IMG/VR virus record: IMGVR_UViG_3300032019_000120
DNA: 20,000 nucleotides
Origin: an uncultured virus (IMG/VR IMGVR_UViG_3300032019_000120)
Lineage: Duplodnaviria > Heunggongvirae > Uroviricota > Caudoviricetes
Strand: one strand, 5' to 3'
The position numbers and the translations under genes are program-made. Position 1 is the first letter of the stretch. Each line of letters starts with the position of its first letter. This document shows positions 1-8,083 of the stretch, in pieces. The notes under the pieces are model-generated. The model ran no database searches, was not told the DNA's origin, and saw only the letters and a list, made by a program, of their open reading frames with translations.

Positions 1-1
1 A

Positions 2-895
2 GACGGTACTGACGGTACAGACCAAACAGAAGCTCTATTCGGTGCTCCTGACACATCATTCTCGGGTGATGGCGCAGGCTCATTGAGTGGCACAGCTGGT
101 GTTGGTATGACTACATTACAAGGTGAAGGCGACAACTTCGGTCAAATGGGTTTCTCAATCGACAAGACTACTGTTACAGCTAAGTCACGTCAATTGAAAG
201 CACATTACACAATGGAATTGGCACAGGACCTTAAAGCGGTTCATGGCCTTTCTGCTGAGACTGAGCTTGCTAACATCCTTTCAACTGAAATCCTTTCAGA
301 AATTAACCGTGAGTTGATTACAACAATTAACACTAACGCTAAGCGTGGTCATTCATTTGACACTGCTGTTGGTGCATCTGCTGTTACAACTTCTGGTTCT
401 GAAGTGGCTGTTTCTGATGGTCGTTGGGAAGTTGAAGTATTTAAAGCGCTAATCACTCATATTGAGAAGCAAGCAAACCTAATCGCTACTGACACTCGTC
501 GTGGTAAAGGTAACTTTGCAATCGTTTCTCCAAATGTTGCAGCTGCATTAAATGCTACTGGTTCTGTTGCTTATGGCAACGTTGCTGGTACTGGTCTTTC
601 AGACGTAACTGGTAACCTATTTGTAGGTACTCTAAACGGTGGAATGAAACTTTATGTTGATCCATTCGCTTCTAGTGACTACATCACTGTAGGTTATAAA
701 GGTGCTAACGCTTATGACGCAGGTATGTTCTACTGCCCATACGTTCCATTAAGTATGCACAAAACTGTTGGTGAAGATGACTTCCAGCCACGTATCGGGT
801 TCAAGACTCGCTATGGCATGCAAGTGAATCCTTTCACTTCTGCAGCAGCTGATTCAAACGCTTACTACCGTAACTTGGTGGTATCAAACCTATAA
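2..895 (+). CDS. gp23: T4-like major capsid protein gp23, C-terminal part (5' end lies outside the window)
   Basis: The frame is open from base 2. It carries the gp23 motifs AKSRQLKAHYTMELAQDLKAVHGL, ELANILSTEI, TRRGKGN, YDAGMFYCPYVPL and FQPRIGFKTRYG. Confidence 0.97.
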   Translation, partial: DGTDGTDQTEALFGAPDTSFSGDGAGSLSGTAGVGMTTLQGEGDNFGQMGFSIDKTTVTAKSRQLKAHYTMELAQDLKAVHGLSAETELANILSTEILSEINRELITTINTNAKRGHSFDTAVGASAVTTSGSEVAVSDGRWEVEVFKALITHIEKQANLIATDTRRGKGNFAIVSPNVAAALNATGSVAYGNVAGTGLSDVTGNLFVGTLNGGMKLYVDPFASSDYITVGYKGANAYDAGMFYCPYVPLSMHKTVGEDDFQPRIGFKTRYGMQVNPFTSAAADSNAYYRNLVVSNL

Positions 896-913
896 TATAG
901 GATTGAATCGACT

Positions 914-939
914 AAAGCCACCTTCGGGTGGCTTTTTTT
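914..939 (+). terminator. Rho-independent terminator after gp23
   Basis: AAAGCCACC-TTCG-GGTGGCTTT followed by a T run. The C(UUCG)G tetraloop is typical of T4-like terminators. Confidence 0.93.
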
Positions 940-940
940 A

Positions 941-948
941 TATAAATA
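941..948 (+). promoter_or_regulatory. T4-type late promoter TATAAATA
   Basis: Exact gp55-dependent consensus right after the terminator, 5 nt before ATG 954. Confidence 0.8.
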
Positions 949-953
949 AAAGC

Positions 954-1241
954 ATGATAGTAGAATTAATAGCAATGTTTGGTGCTAAAGCTTGTTGTAT
1001 TGGCGCTTCAGGTATTGGTGGCGTTTGCAATGCTGCAGTTAATAGCAAAACTCCAGTAAGGGATTTAGTGACTTCAGTCATCATTGGTTGGGTTGCAGCT
1101 GAATTCTTTATTCCAGCACTTATGTCTCATTTTGAGTTTGGTCCTGAAATAGCACTAACAATAGCCTTTATGTTTGGTTATAGTGGTGTTAGAATACTAT
1201 CTAAGATTGAAGGAAACATATTAAATAAGATTAAACTATGA
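954..1241 (+). CDS. Small membrane protein of 95 aa, holin-like
   Basis: Start moved to ATG 954 because the longer ORF runs through the terminator. There are three hydrophobic segments, an AFMFGYSG motif and a basic C-terminus. The stop overlaps the gp3 start (ATGA). Confidence 0.6.
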   Translation: MIVELIAMFGAKACCIGASGIGGVCNAAVNSKTPVRDLVTSVIIGWVAAEFFIPALMSHFEFGPEIALTIAFMFGYSGVRILSKIEGNILNKIKL

Positions 1242-1696
1242 GTACAAACTTTTTAAATCCAACTTCATTCGTATTATCGTTAGATATTACGACATACCCT
1301 AACGCAGAATTCACAGTCCAAACAATGGTACTGCCTGATGTGACTACTGACGGAGCTAGATTAGCTACCCCGTCAAGAGACATATCACTCGGAGCAGATA
1401 AGATTGTTTACGGACCTTTCGAGTGCTCGTTTCTTGTAGATGAAACTTTAACAAACTATAAGGAGATTTACGATTGGCTATATTCGCAAGTCGATACTCC
1501 TACCTCGACTCTTTCTAATGTTCGAGACATTACGTTAAGTATATTATCTTCTGCAAACAACGTAAATAAACAGATCCGGTTTATTGATGCATATCCAACC
1601 AACCTATCATCTTTACCATTCGACATCACAACTTTAGATGTTGAATACTTAACCGCTGTTGTGACGTTTAATTATTCGTATTTCGAAATAGTTTAA
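1238..1696 (+). CDS. gp3: T4-like tail tube terminator / tail completion protein gp3
   Basis: NFLNPTSF, FLVDETLTNYKEIYDWL, F.DAYPTNLSSL.F and Y...VTFNYSYF motifs. It sits between gp23 and uvsY, as in marine T4-like phages. Confidence 0.85.
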   Translation: MSTNFLNPTSFVLSLDITTYPNAEFTVQTMVLPDVTTDGARLATPSRDISLGADKIVYGPFECSFLVDETLTNYKEIYDWLYSQVDTPTSTLSNVRDITLSILSSANNVNKQIRFIDAYPTNLSSLPFDITTLDVEYLTAVVTFNYSYFEIV

Positions 1697-1699
1697 CTG

Positions 1700-1728
1700 T
1701 TGTATTTTGACCCGAAATAGGGTATAAT
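1700..1728 (+). promoter_or_regulatory. sigma70-type promoter upstream of uvsY
   Basis: TTGTAT (1700-1705), 17 bp spacer, TATAAT (1723-1728). Confidence 0.75.
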
Positions 1729-1753
1729 ATAATATACAACCCAGGAATTGATT

Positions 1754-2203
1754 ATGTTAAATATTGAAGAAATACTGAAGATGTGGAAAGAAGACTCGAC
1801 TATCGATGAGTTCCAACTAGACCAAGCTACTATAAAGATAGCTAAACTTCATTCCAAATACCTTGAGCTTATTACATATACTAAGATCCGTAGAAAGAAA
1901 AAGGACTTGGATTTTAAAAAGTTATTAAAGGATAAGTGGCTATATTATAATGGCAAGTTATCACGGGAAGAGATAGATTTAAAAGAGTGGCAATATGATC
2001 CATTCGGTGGATTAAACAAACCACTGAAAGGTGACATGAATTACTACTATGATGCTGATGATGATATACAAAAAGCGCAGGCAGAGCTTGAATACTTCAA
2101 AGTCTTAGAAGAGACATTAAAAGAGATTATAGATACTATAAGGTGGAGACACCAATCAATTGGTAATATAATTAAATGGAGGAGTTTTGAAGCAGGCGTG
2201 TGA
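1754..2203 (+). CDS. uvsY: UvsY recombination mediator
   Basis: MW..DS.ID, LHSKYL, KWLYYNGK, Y.DAD and I.NIIKWRSFEAG motifs. ATG 1754 follows AGGA, and the gene lies directly upstream of uvsW. Confidence 0.88.
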   Translation: MLNIEEILKMWKEDSTIDEFQLDQATIKIAKLHSKYLELITYTKIRRKKKDLDFKKLLKDKWLYYNGKLSREEIDLKEWQYDPFGGLNKPLKGDMNYYYDADDDIQKAQAELEYFKVLEETLKEIIDTIRWRHQSIGNIIKWRSFEAGV

Positions 2204-3701
2204 ATTAAAGATTGGTGTAAAAAATAATACATACCTTACAGTTGATTCAAATGACAAGGGAGTATTACACGAGCTGTCTGAGTTTTTTACTTTCTTAGTG
2301 CCAGGGTATAAGTATATGCCTGCATTTAAGAACAAGTTGTGGGATGGTAAGGTTCGACTTTTGGATATGAGGTCCCAGCAAATATACTCTGGGTTATATG
2401 GATACATAAAGGAATTTTGTGAAGAAAGAAGTATATCGATCATACTTGACGATGGTAATAGCAGTTACTACAGCCTACCTAACACTGTCTTCGATTCTAC
2501 TGTGGATTTCGCAACTACTTATTGCCTTACATCTAAAGGTAAAGAAATATCAATACGTGACTATCAGGCGCAGGCACTCGATTACGCGCTCAGAGAGAGA
2601 AGAGGCCTCTTAATTAGTCCTACCGCTTCTGGTAAATCATTAATCATATATCTGCTAATTAGATACTTCTTAGAACATGAGAATGATAAAGTTCTTCTAA
2701 TTGTCCCTACTACATCCCTAGTAAAACAAATGACTGGTGACTTTGCTGACTACTCTGAGTTTGATGATACCTTCGATGCTGATGAGATGTGTCATGAAAT
2801 TATGGCTGGAAAGGATAAAGGACATAAGACAAAGAAGATATACGTATCCACTTGGCAATCTATCTATAAAATGTCATCTCAATACTTCCAGCAATTTGGA
2901 ATGGTGATTGGTGATGAAGCTCATAACTTTAAAGCTAAATCATTGACATCCATTCTAACAAAGTGTACAGAAGCAAGATATCGATTCGGATTAACTGGAA
3001 CATTAGACGGAACACAAACACACAAGTTAGTGCTTGAAGGTTTATTCGGGCCAGTAAAGAATATTGTCAATACCGCTACCTTAATGGAACAAGGCAATCT
3101 AGCTGCGATGGACATCGACATTGTATTACTAAAGCATCCTACAGAAATGTGTAAATTAGTTAATAAGATGAAGTATCATGATGAGATAGATCACATTGTA
3201 TCATATGTTCCAAGGAACACATTCATTAAAAATCTTGCTTTAGACCAAGATGGAAACACATTAATACTATTCCAATTTGTAGAGAAGCATGGTGTACCTT
3301 TGTTTAGAATGATACAAGAAGCAGCTCATAAAAATCGAAAAGTTTTCTTTGTGTCTGGTAATACAGATGCTGAGACTAGAGAGAATATTAGAGCTATAAC
3401 TGAGACTCAAAACAATGCTATATTAGTATGTTCGTTTGGTACATTCTCTACTGGTATCAATATTAGAAATCTTCATAATATTATCTTTGCTAGCCCATCG
3501 AAAAGTCAGATTAGAATCTTACAATCAATAGGAAGAGGATTAAGGGTATCTGAAGATGGAAGACAAACTAAAATATATGACATAGCTGACGACTTGCATT
3601 GGAGACGAAGAAAGAACTATACTCTAAAGCATGCTGGTGAACGCATAAGAATATATGCTAAGGAAAAGTTTGAGTTCCGTATCCACGAAGTTGATATTTG
3701 A
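2187..3701 (+). CDS. uvsW: UvsW SF2 DNA helicase
   Basis: WDGKVRL, RDYQ, SPTASGKS (Walker A), DEAH, GLTGT and LQSIGRGLR motifs; 504 aa. The TTG start is uncertain. Confidence 0.95.
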   Translation: MKQACELKIGVKNNTYLTVDSNDKGVLHELSEFFTFLVPGYKYMPAFKNKLWDGKVRLLDMRSQQIYSGLYGYIKEFCEERSISIILDDGNSSYYSLPNTVFDSTVDFATTYCLTSKGKEISIRDYQAQALDYALRERRGLLISPTASGKSLIIYLLIRYFLEHENDKVLLIVPTTSLVKQMTGDFADYSEFDDTFDADEMCHEIMAGKDKGHKTKKIYVSTWQSIYKMSSQYFQQFGMVIGDEAHNFKAKSLTSILTKCTEARYRFGLTGTLDGTQTHKLVLEGLFGPVKNIVNTATLMEQGNLAAMDIDIVLLKHPTEMCKLVNKMKYHDEIDHIVSYVPRNTFIKNLALDQDGNTLILFQFVEKHGVPLFRMIQEAAHKNRKVFFVSGNTDAETRENIRAITETQNNAILVCSFGTFSTGINIRNLHNIIFASPSKSQIRILQSIGRGLRVSEDGRQTKIYDIADDLHWRRRKNYTLKHAGERIRIYAKEKFEFRIHEVDI

Positions 3702-3799
3702 TAAATAACTATAAGAGGCTTGCCTCTAGGGCCTTCAATTTCGCGTTATTTACGTTGGCCCGACTACAGATTCCCACAACATGAGAAGACGATAAAATT

Positions 3800-4135
3800 A
3801 TGATGGATGCAACAGTGAAAGACAAGTTAGATGCTATTCCAGTCAAGTACTTTAAATTGATGAATGGAGATTCGATAATTTCTTTTTGTCATGAGGACCT
3901 TGATAGAGATATGATTGGGTTAGAGATTCCAATGAAGGTAACTACAGATGAAGATCAACAGTTTCTTCTAAGTCCATATATGCCTTTTGCTCAAGATAAC
4001 TTACATCTTATAGATAGATATAATGTATTGATTGAATCTAATGTTGATGCAGAGGTAAAAGCTCATTACATTAAACTAGCAATAGATGATGGTGTATATG
4101 GATATGATGAATCTGATAGTAAGTTATTCCATTAA
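3800..4135 (+). CDS. Hypothetical protein between uvsW and gp55
   Basis: 111-aa ORF with a FKLMNGDSII N-terminal motif and L.PYMPF. It resembles the small ORF commonly found at this position in T4-like phages. Confidence 0.7.
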   Translation: MMDATVKDKLDAIPVKYFKLMNGDSIISFCHEDLDRDMIGLEIPMKVTTDEDQQFLLSPYMPFAQDNLHLIDRYNVLIESNVDAEVKAHYIKLAIDDGVYGYDESDSKLFH

Positions 4136-4168
4136 CCCCCCTTATCCAGCCTTCCCGGCCACATTATT

Positions 4169-4197
4169 ATTATACACTATAAATACTTAAAAGTCAA
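4169..4197 (-). promoter_or_regulatory. Minus-strand sigma70-type promoter, divergent from gp55
   Basis: The reverse complement reads TTGACT, 17 bp, TATAAT (+ strand agtcaa 4192-4197 and attata 4169-4174). No minus-strand ORF of 60 aa or more follows. Confidence 0.7.
4178..4185 (+). promoter_or_regulatory. Late promoter TATAAATA upstream of gp55
   Basis: Exact consensus, nested in the spacer of the minus-strand promoter. The context is AT-rich, so a chance match is possible. Confidence 0.5.
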
Positions 4198-4235
4198 CAG
4201 TTTTAAGTAAATAATAATAAAATAATCAAATACTG

Positions 4236-4264
4236 TTGTCTTATGCGCCCAAATGGTGTATAAT
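4236..4264 (+). promoter_or_regulatory. sigma70-type promoter for gp55
   Basis: TTGTCT (4236-4241), 17 bp, TATAAT (4259-4264), preceded by an A-rich UP-like tract. Confidence 0.75.
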
Positions 4265-4294
4265 AAGTATAATTAAACAATAAAGTGACATATT

Positions 4295-4867
4295 ATGACT
4301 GAGAAAATTAAACCTAGAGATAAGCCCCACTATGTTAATAACAGAGATTTCTCTTATGCTGTAGTGGATTATGTAAAGGCATGTGAAGTTGCAGGTGAGG
4401 AAGGCCGAAAGTCTCCAGTAGTTACAGACTACATTGCTACATGCTTCATGAAGATTTGTGAAGGATTATCACATAAACCTAACTTTGTACGATACACATA
4501 CAGAGATGAAATGGTTATGGATGGTGTAGAGAATTGTCTTAAAGCTATTCACAATTACAATATTGATGCAGCTACCAGAACAGGTAAACCTAACGCATTC
4601 TCATACTTCACCCAAATAGCTTACTTCGCTTTTATTAGACGAATTACTAAAGAGAAGAAACAAGCAGATATCAAATATAAGTTTATGGAGCAGGCTGATA
4701 TCGAAAGCCTAATAGCTGGTACGGACAGTTACAGTCAAATTGACCAAAGCTTTGTGGATGTTCTTAGAAATAAGATTTTGCAAATCAAGGTGAGTGATGA
4801 TGCTGTTAAGAAGTTTGCTCAAGATGAGAAGTCTAAGAAGAAAAAAGGATTGGAATTATTCTTATGA
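4295..4867 (+). CDS. gp55: Late-transcription sigma factor gp55
   Basis: HYVNN, LSHKPNFVRYTYRDEMVMDGVENC and NAFSYFTQIAYFAFIRRI.KEKKQ motifs. Confidence 0.95.
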   Translation: MTEKIKPRDKPHYVNNRDFSYAVVDYVKACEVAGEEGRKSPVVTDYIATCFMKICEGLSHKPNFVRYTYRDEMVMDGVENCLKAIHNYNIDAATRTGKPNAFSYFTQIAYFAFIRRITKEKKQADIKYKFMEQADIESLIAGTDSYSQIDQSFVDVLRNKILQIKVSDDAVKKFAQDEKSKKKKGLELFL

Positions 4868-5649
4868 GGAACGTGTACGGAATGATGTGGAAGGAAATAC
4901 TCATTGTAGGATTTGGTGTTGTAGGAAAGGCAGTGCACGATGGCATCAAGGGTTCTCATTTATGTGATATAATGGATCCCCCCTTAGGCTGGTATAATGA
5001 TGACTATACTAAATACGATGGCATTATATTATGTGTCCCAACTCCTGAGACTGATGATGGACAATGTGATGTGTCATTGGTAAAAAAGTACTTAGGTGAC
5101 ATAAGAAGGGTATCTAAGACGGTTCCCATTTTACTAAAAAGTACTACTACAATCGATGCTATTCCTGATGATGATTATCTAACAGTCAATCCTGAATTCT
5201 TAACCGAAGCTAACTCATCTAAAGATTTTAAAAATCAGAAGTTTGCCTTCTTTGGAGGTGACCCCGAACTTTCTGATATGTGGTATAATGTAATAACTAA
5301 GGGTGATGTAACTATTGATAAGGTTATGTTTACAACGAGAAAAAATGCTATGCTTGCTAAGTATGTCATCAACACATTTCTTGCAACCAAGATTTCCTAT
5401 TTCAACGACTTGTATAATATGATAGGTTCAGACTTTGATGAAGTAGTACGATTAGCATCACAAGATGAACGCTTAGGTAATTCTCATATGCAAGTTCCGG
5501 GACCTGATGGTAAGTTAGGATTTGGTGGTATGTGTTTCCCTAAGGACACAAAAGCGTTTATAGCTTACGCTAACGATAATGGAAAATCTCTTCCTGTTTT
5601 AGAAGCTGCAGTAGAATGCAATAAAAACCAAAGAATGAAAAAGTTATAA
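4864..5649 (+). CDS. Short UDP-glucose/GDP-mannose dehydrogenase family protein
   Basis: Rossmann GFGVVG, CVPTP, KST, NPEFL, K...N.FLA.KISY.N and catalytic GFGGMCFPKD. It appears to lack the C-terminal domain. The start may be ATG 4882. Confidence 0.88.
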   Translation: MRNVYGMMWKEILIVGFGVVGKAVHDGIKGSHLCDIMDPPLGWYNDDYTKYDGIILCVPTPETDDGQCDVSLVKKYLGDIRRVSKTVPILLKSTTTIDAIPDDDYLTVNPEFLTEANSSKDFKNQKFAFFGGDPELSDMWYNVITKGDVTIDKVMFTTRKNAMLAKYVINTFLATKISYFNDLYNMIGSDFDEVVRLASQDERLGNSHMQVPGPDGKLGFGGMCFPKDTKAFIAYANDNGKSLPVLEAAVECNKNQRMKKL

Positions 5650-5652
5650 ATA
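5645..5652 (+). promoter_or_regulatory. Late promoter TATAAATA heading the membrane gene block
   Basis: Exact consensus overlapping the stop codon of the preceding gene. Confidence 0.6.
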
Positions 5653-5718
5653 ATAACACGAGTGAGTGTTTTTAGATATTTTATGTTATGATAGATTAAA
5701 TTAATATAGGATATGTAA

Positions 5719-6546
5719 ATGTTTAGATCATTTTTAAGTGAGACGAAGTGGCTTTTAATAACTATTTTGACCATCACAGCTGTGTTGCTCGGCAACATTT
5801 TTTACTTTACGTGGCAACAGAATAAACTAGAAGCGGATACAGCTGGTATTCCAGACCAGGTTTGGAACCCAGAACTAAACGTTGCATCAGTCGACCCACC
5901 AGGGTTAGAATTCAAACAAGTAGCCCCTAAACTATACACATTAACCGGCACAGTCCGGGTAGGCGATTGTGAAAAGATTGTCCCATTAATGCCCACAACA
6001 GAACCCTTTGCAGTCATATTAGAATCACCAGGAGGCTCTCTCTTCGATGGTGGTTGTATCGCATCTCATTTTAAAGCACGAAATGTCGTTACGGTTGTAA
6101 GAGATACTCCAGTTATAGATGAAGAGGGAAATGTTATATATGAGCCAGGATTGATAGACGAGGATGATGTGAATAACGGTAAAGTTGTTTGTGCTTCTTC
6201 ATGTTCATTAATGTTCCTTGGCGGAGATAGACGGTACTTGATAGGAGATGTCTACTTCGGTATTCATGCACCGAGAACACCGAGTGAAGCGTTAGGAGGA
6301 ATAACGAAAAATGCTTTAGAAGCAGATGCGTATAGAACTTCAGCAGCATTAATAAACTTGTTAGCGCATTTAGGTATGACAAATGAGAAGTTAAGACTGT
6401 TGTTTATCCAAGTTCCTTCAGCTTCCATGTATTGGTTAAATCCAGCTGATTGGGAGGATTTTCCAGAATTACAACTACTAGCAACACATTACTTAAACTT
6501 CCATGGTTACTCGGGTGTTAATGTAATTGCTGTTGGCACAGAATAA
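5719..6546 (+). CDS. Membrane-anchored ClpP/crotonase-fold protein (COG3904-like)
   Basis: N-terminal TM helix, then LESPGG, CASSCSLMFLGG..R and FGIH, which parallel the ClpP/S49 fold motifs. Confidence 0.65.
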   Translation: MFRSFLSETKWLLITILTITAVLLGNIFYFTWQQNKLEADTAGIPDQVWNPELNVASVDPPGLEFKQVAPKLYTLTGTVRVGDCEKIVPLMPTTEPFAVILESPGGSLFDGGCIASHFKARNVVTVVRDTPVIDEEGNVIYEPGLIDEDDVNNGKVVCASSCSLMFLGGDRRYLIGDVYFGIHAPRTPSEALGGITKNALEADAYRTSAALINLLAHLGMTNEKLRLLFIQVPSASMYWLNPADWEDFPELQLLATHYLNFHGYSGVNVIAVGTE

Positions 6547-6555
6547 GGAAATATT

Positions 6556-7581
6556 ATGTTAAAATCATTTTTTTGGAGCAGCGACAGAGCCTTTTATGCT
6601 TGGGCAATGTTATCACTACTTTTGATAATGTCTTGGTACACAGTAGAGATATTAGTTTTTTATAACGCATGGAATAAAGAGATATACGATGCAATTCAAT
6701 CGTTGCAAGAGGATAGATTCTGGACGTTATTCTTAGGATTCGATCTAACTCGATTTACAGACTTTGTTCTTCTTAAAGAAGACACCTTGCCCTCATTTGT
6801 TGAGATTATTACCCTCTATACTCCAATAGCAGTATACGGTTCTTGGCAGACAGCAAGGTATTGTTTCAATTGGAGAGAGTCTAATACGTACCACTACTTA
6901 AAGAGGTGGGAGGTTTCGCCTGCTAAGATTGAGGGTGGAAGTCAGCGTATTCAAGAAGACTTAATGATATTCGGTAGAACACTTCAAGGATTATTTACTG
7001 GATTCTTCTCTGCTATTTTAGTTTTATTTGCTTTCCTTCCTATTCTATGGGATTTATCTGAGGGACTTCCAATTTGGAATGGAGAAATTGTTCCAGGATT
7101 CTTAGTATGGGTAGCACTTGGTGTATCAATAGGTGGTACATTAATATCATTAATTCTAGGTTGGAAACTACCTAAACTTGAATACAATAATCAAGTGGTG
7201 GAAGCTAAGTTTAGAAAGCAATTAGTATATTCAGAAGACGACTTCTCTATGAGGGCAACAGATGTACTATTCCCTATGTTCTCAAATGTTAAGAAGAATT
7301 ATTACCGATTGTTTAATTGGTACATGGGTTTTGGTGTTTGGCAAACAGCATTTAGTTTATGTGTTGGTAATGTGGCGCTAATCGTATTAGCGCCAGCTTA
7401 CTTTGACCAACTGATTACACTTGGAGTTCTATTCCAAGTACTAAACGCTTTCGGACGCGTAGAAAGTTCGATGGGTTACTTTATCGACCGATGGACCACA
7501 ATTGTGGACTTCTTATCAGTCATCCGTCGTATCCGTGAATTTAACATAGCTTTGGACGAAGCAGAACGTAAGAAGAGTTAA
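6556..7581 (+). CDS. SbmA/BacA-like inner-membrane transporter (no ATPase domain)
   Basis: FNWRES, IEGGSQRIQED, LFAFLPILW.LS, LP.LEYNNQVVEAKFRKQLVYSED, ITLG..FQ.LNAFGRVESS and WTTIV motifs; multiple TM segments. Confidence 0.9.
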   Translation: MLKSFFWSSDRAFYAWAMLSLLLIMSWYTVEILVFYNAWNKEIYDAIQSLQEDRFWTLFLGFDLTRFTDFVLLKEDTLPSFVEIITLYTPIAVYGSWQTARYCFNWRESNTYHYLKRWEVSPAKIEGGSQRIQEDLMIFGRTLQGLFTGFFSAILVLFAFLPILWDLSEGLPIWNGEIVPGFLVWVALGVSIGGTLISLILGWKLPKLEYNNQVVEAKFRKQLVYSEDDFSMRATDVLFPMFSNVKKNYYRLFNWYMGFGVWQTAFSLCVGNVALIVLAPAYFDQLITLGVLFQVLNAFGRVESSMGYFIDRWTTIVDFLSVIRRIREFNIALDEAERKKS

Positions 7582-7582
7582 C

Positions 7583-8083
7583 ATGAAAAATAAAACGTTA
7601 CTCAGGTGGTGGTTGTTCACTACAATCACCACCATAGGGGTATGGCCACTATGGCATTATGGAGTATTCCAAGATATATATCATGCTGATGTAACACAAA
7701 TCAGTATGGCGATTTATGGTGTATTTTTATTAGGTATGGGTATAACAGGGGTAGCAGCATACCGAACAGCCGTATCCATTGATAGGGGGTATAATAGGCT
7801 TACTAGAAACATTATAGACTTGGGATGGTTCCTATCTGAAACTATGATGGTGTTAGGACTCATTGGTACTGTAGCAGGTATGATTTACCTGTTTGGTCAA
7901 ATCTTTGTGAATATAGACCCCAACGATCCGAACGACTTGAAGGAGGCTTTAAGTCATATGGCGTCTGGATTATCAACAGCAATGTATACTACAATTGTTG
8001 GTATGGTAGGTGCTTTAATTACGAAATGTCAGTTAATGAACATCGACTTTGACCAACCTCGGAGTAGTAGTGGACAAGGCTAA
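7583..8083 (+). CDS. MotA/TolQ/ExbB proton-channel family protein
   Basis: LGLIGTVAGMI and GLSTAMYTTIVG signature helices, plus two N-terminal TM segments. Confidence 0.85.
   Translation: MKNKTLLRWWLFTTITTIGVWPLWHYGVFQDIYHADVTQISMAIYGVFLLGMGITGVAAYRTAVSIDRGYNRLTRNIIDLGWFLSETMMVLGLIGTVAGMIYLFGQIFVNIDPNDPNDLKEALSHMASGLSTAMYTTIVGMVGALITKCQLMNIDFDQPRSSSGQG

Noticed and set aside
903..953. 5' extension of the 112-aa ORF
   Set aside because: It reads through the terminator and late promoter, so ATG 954 is more plausible.
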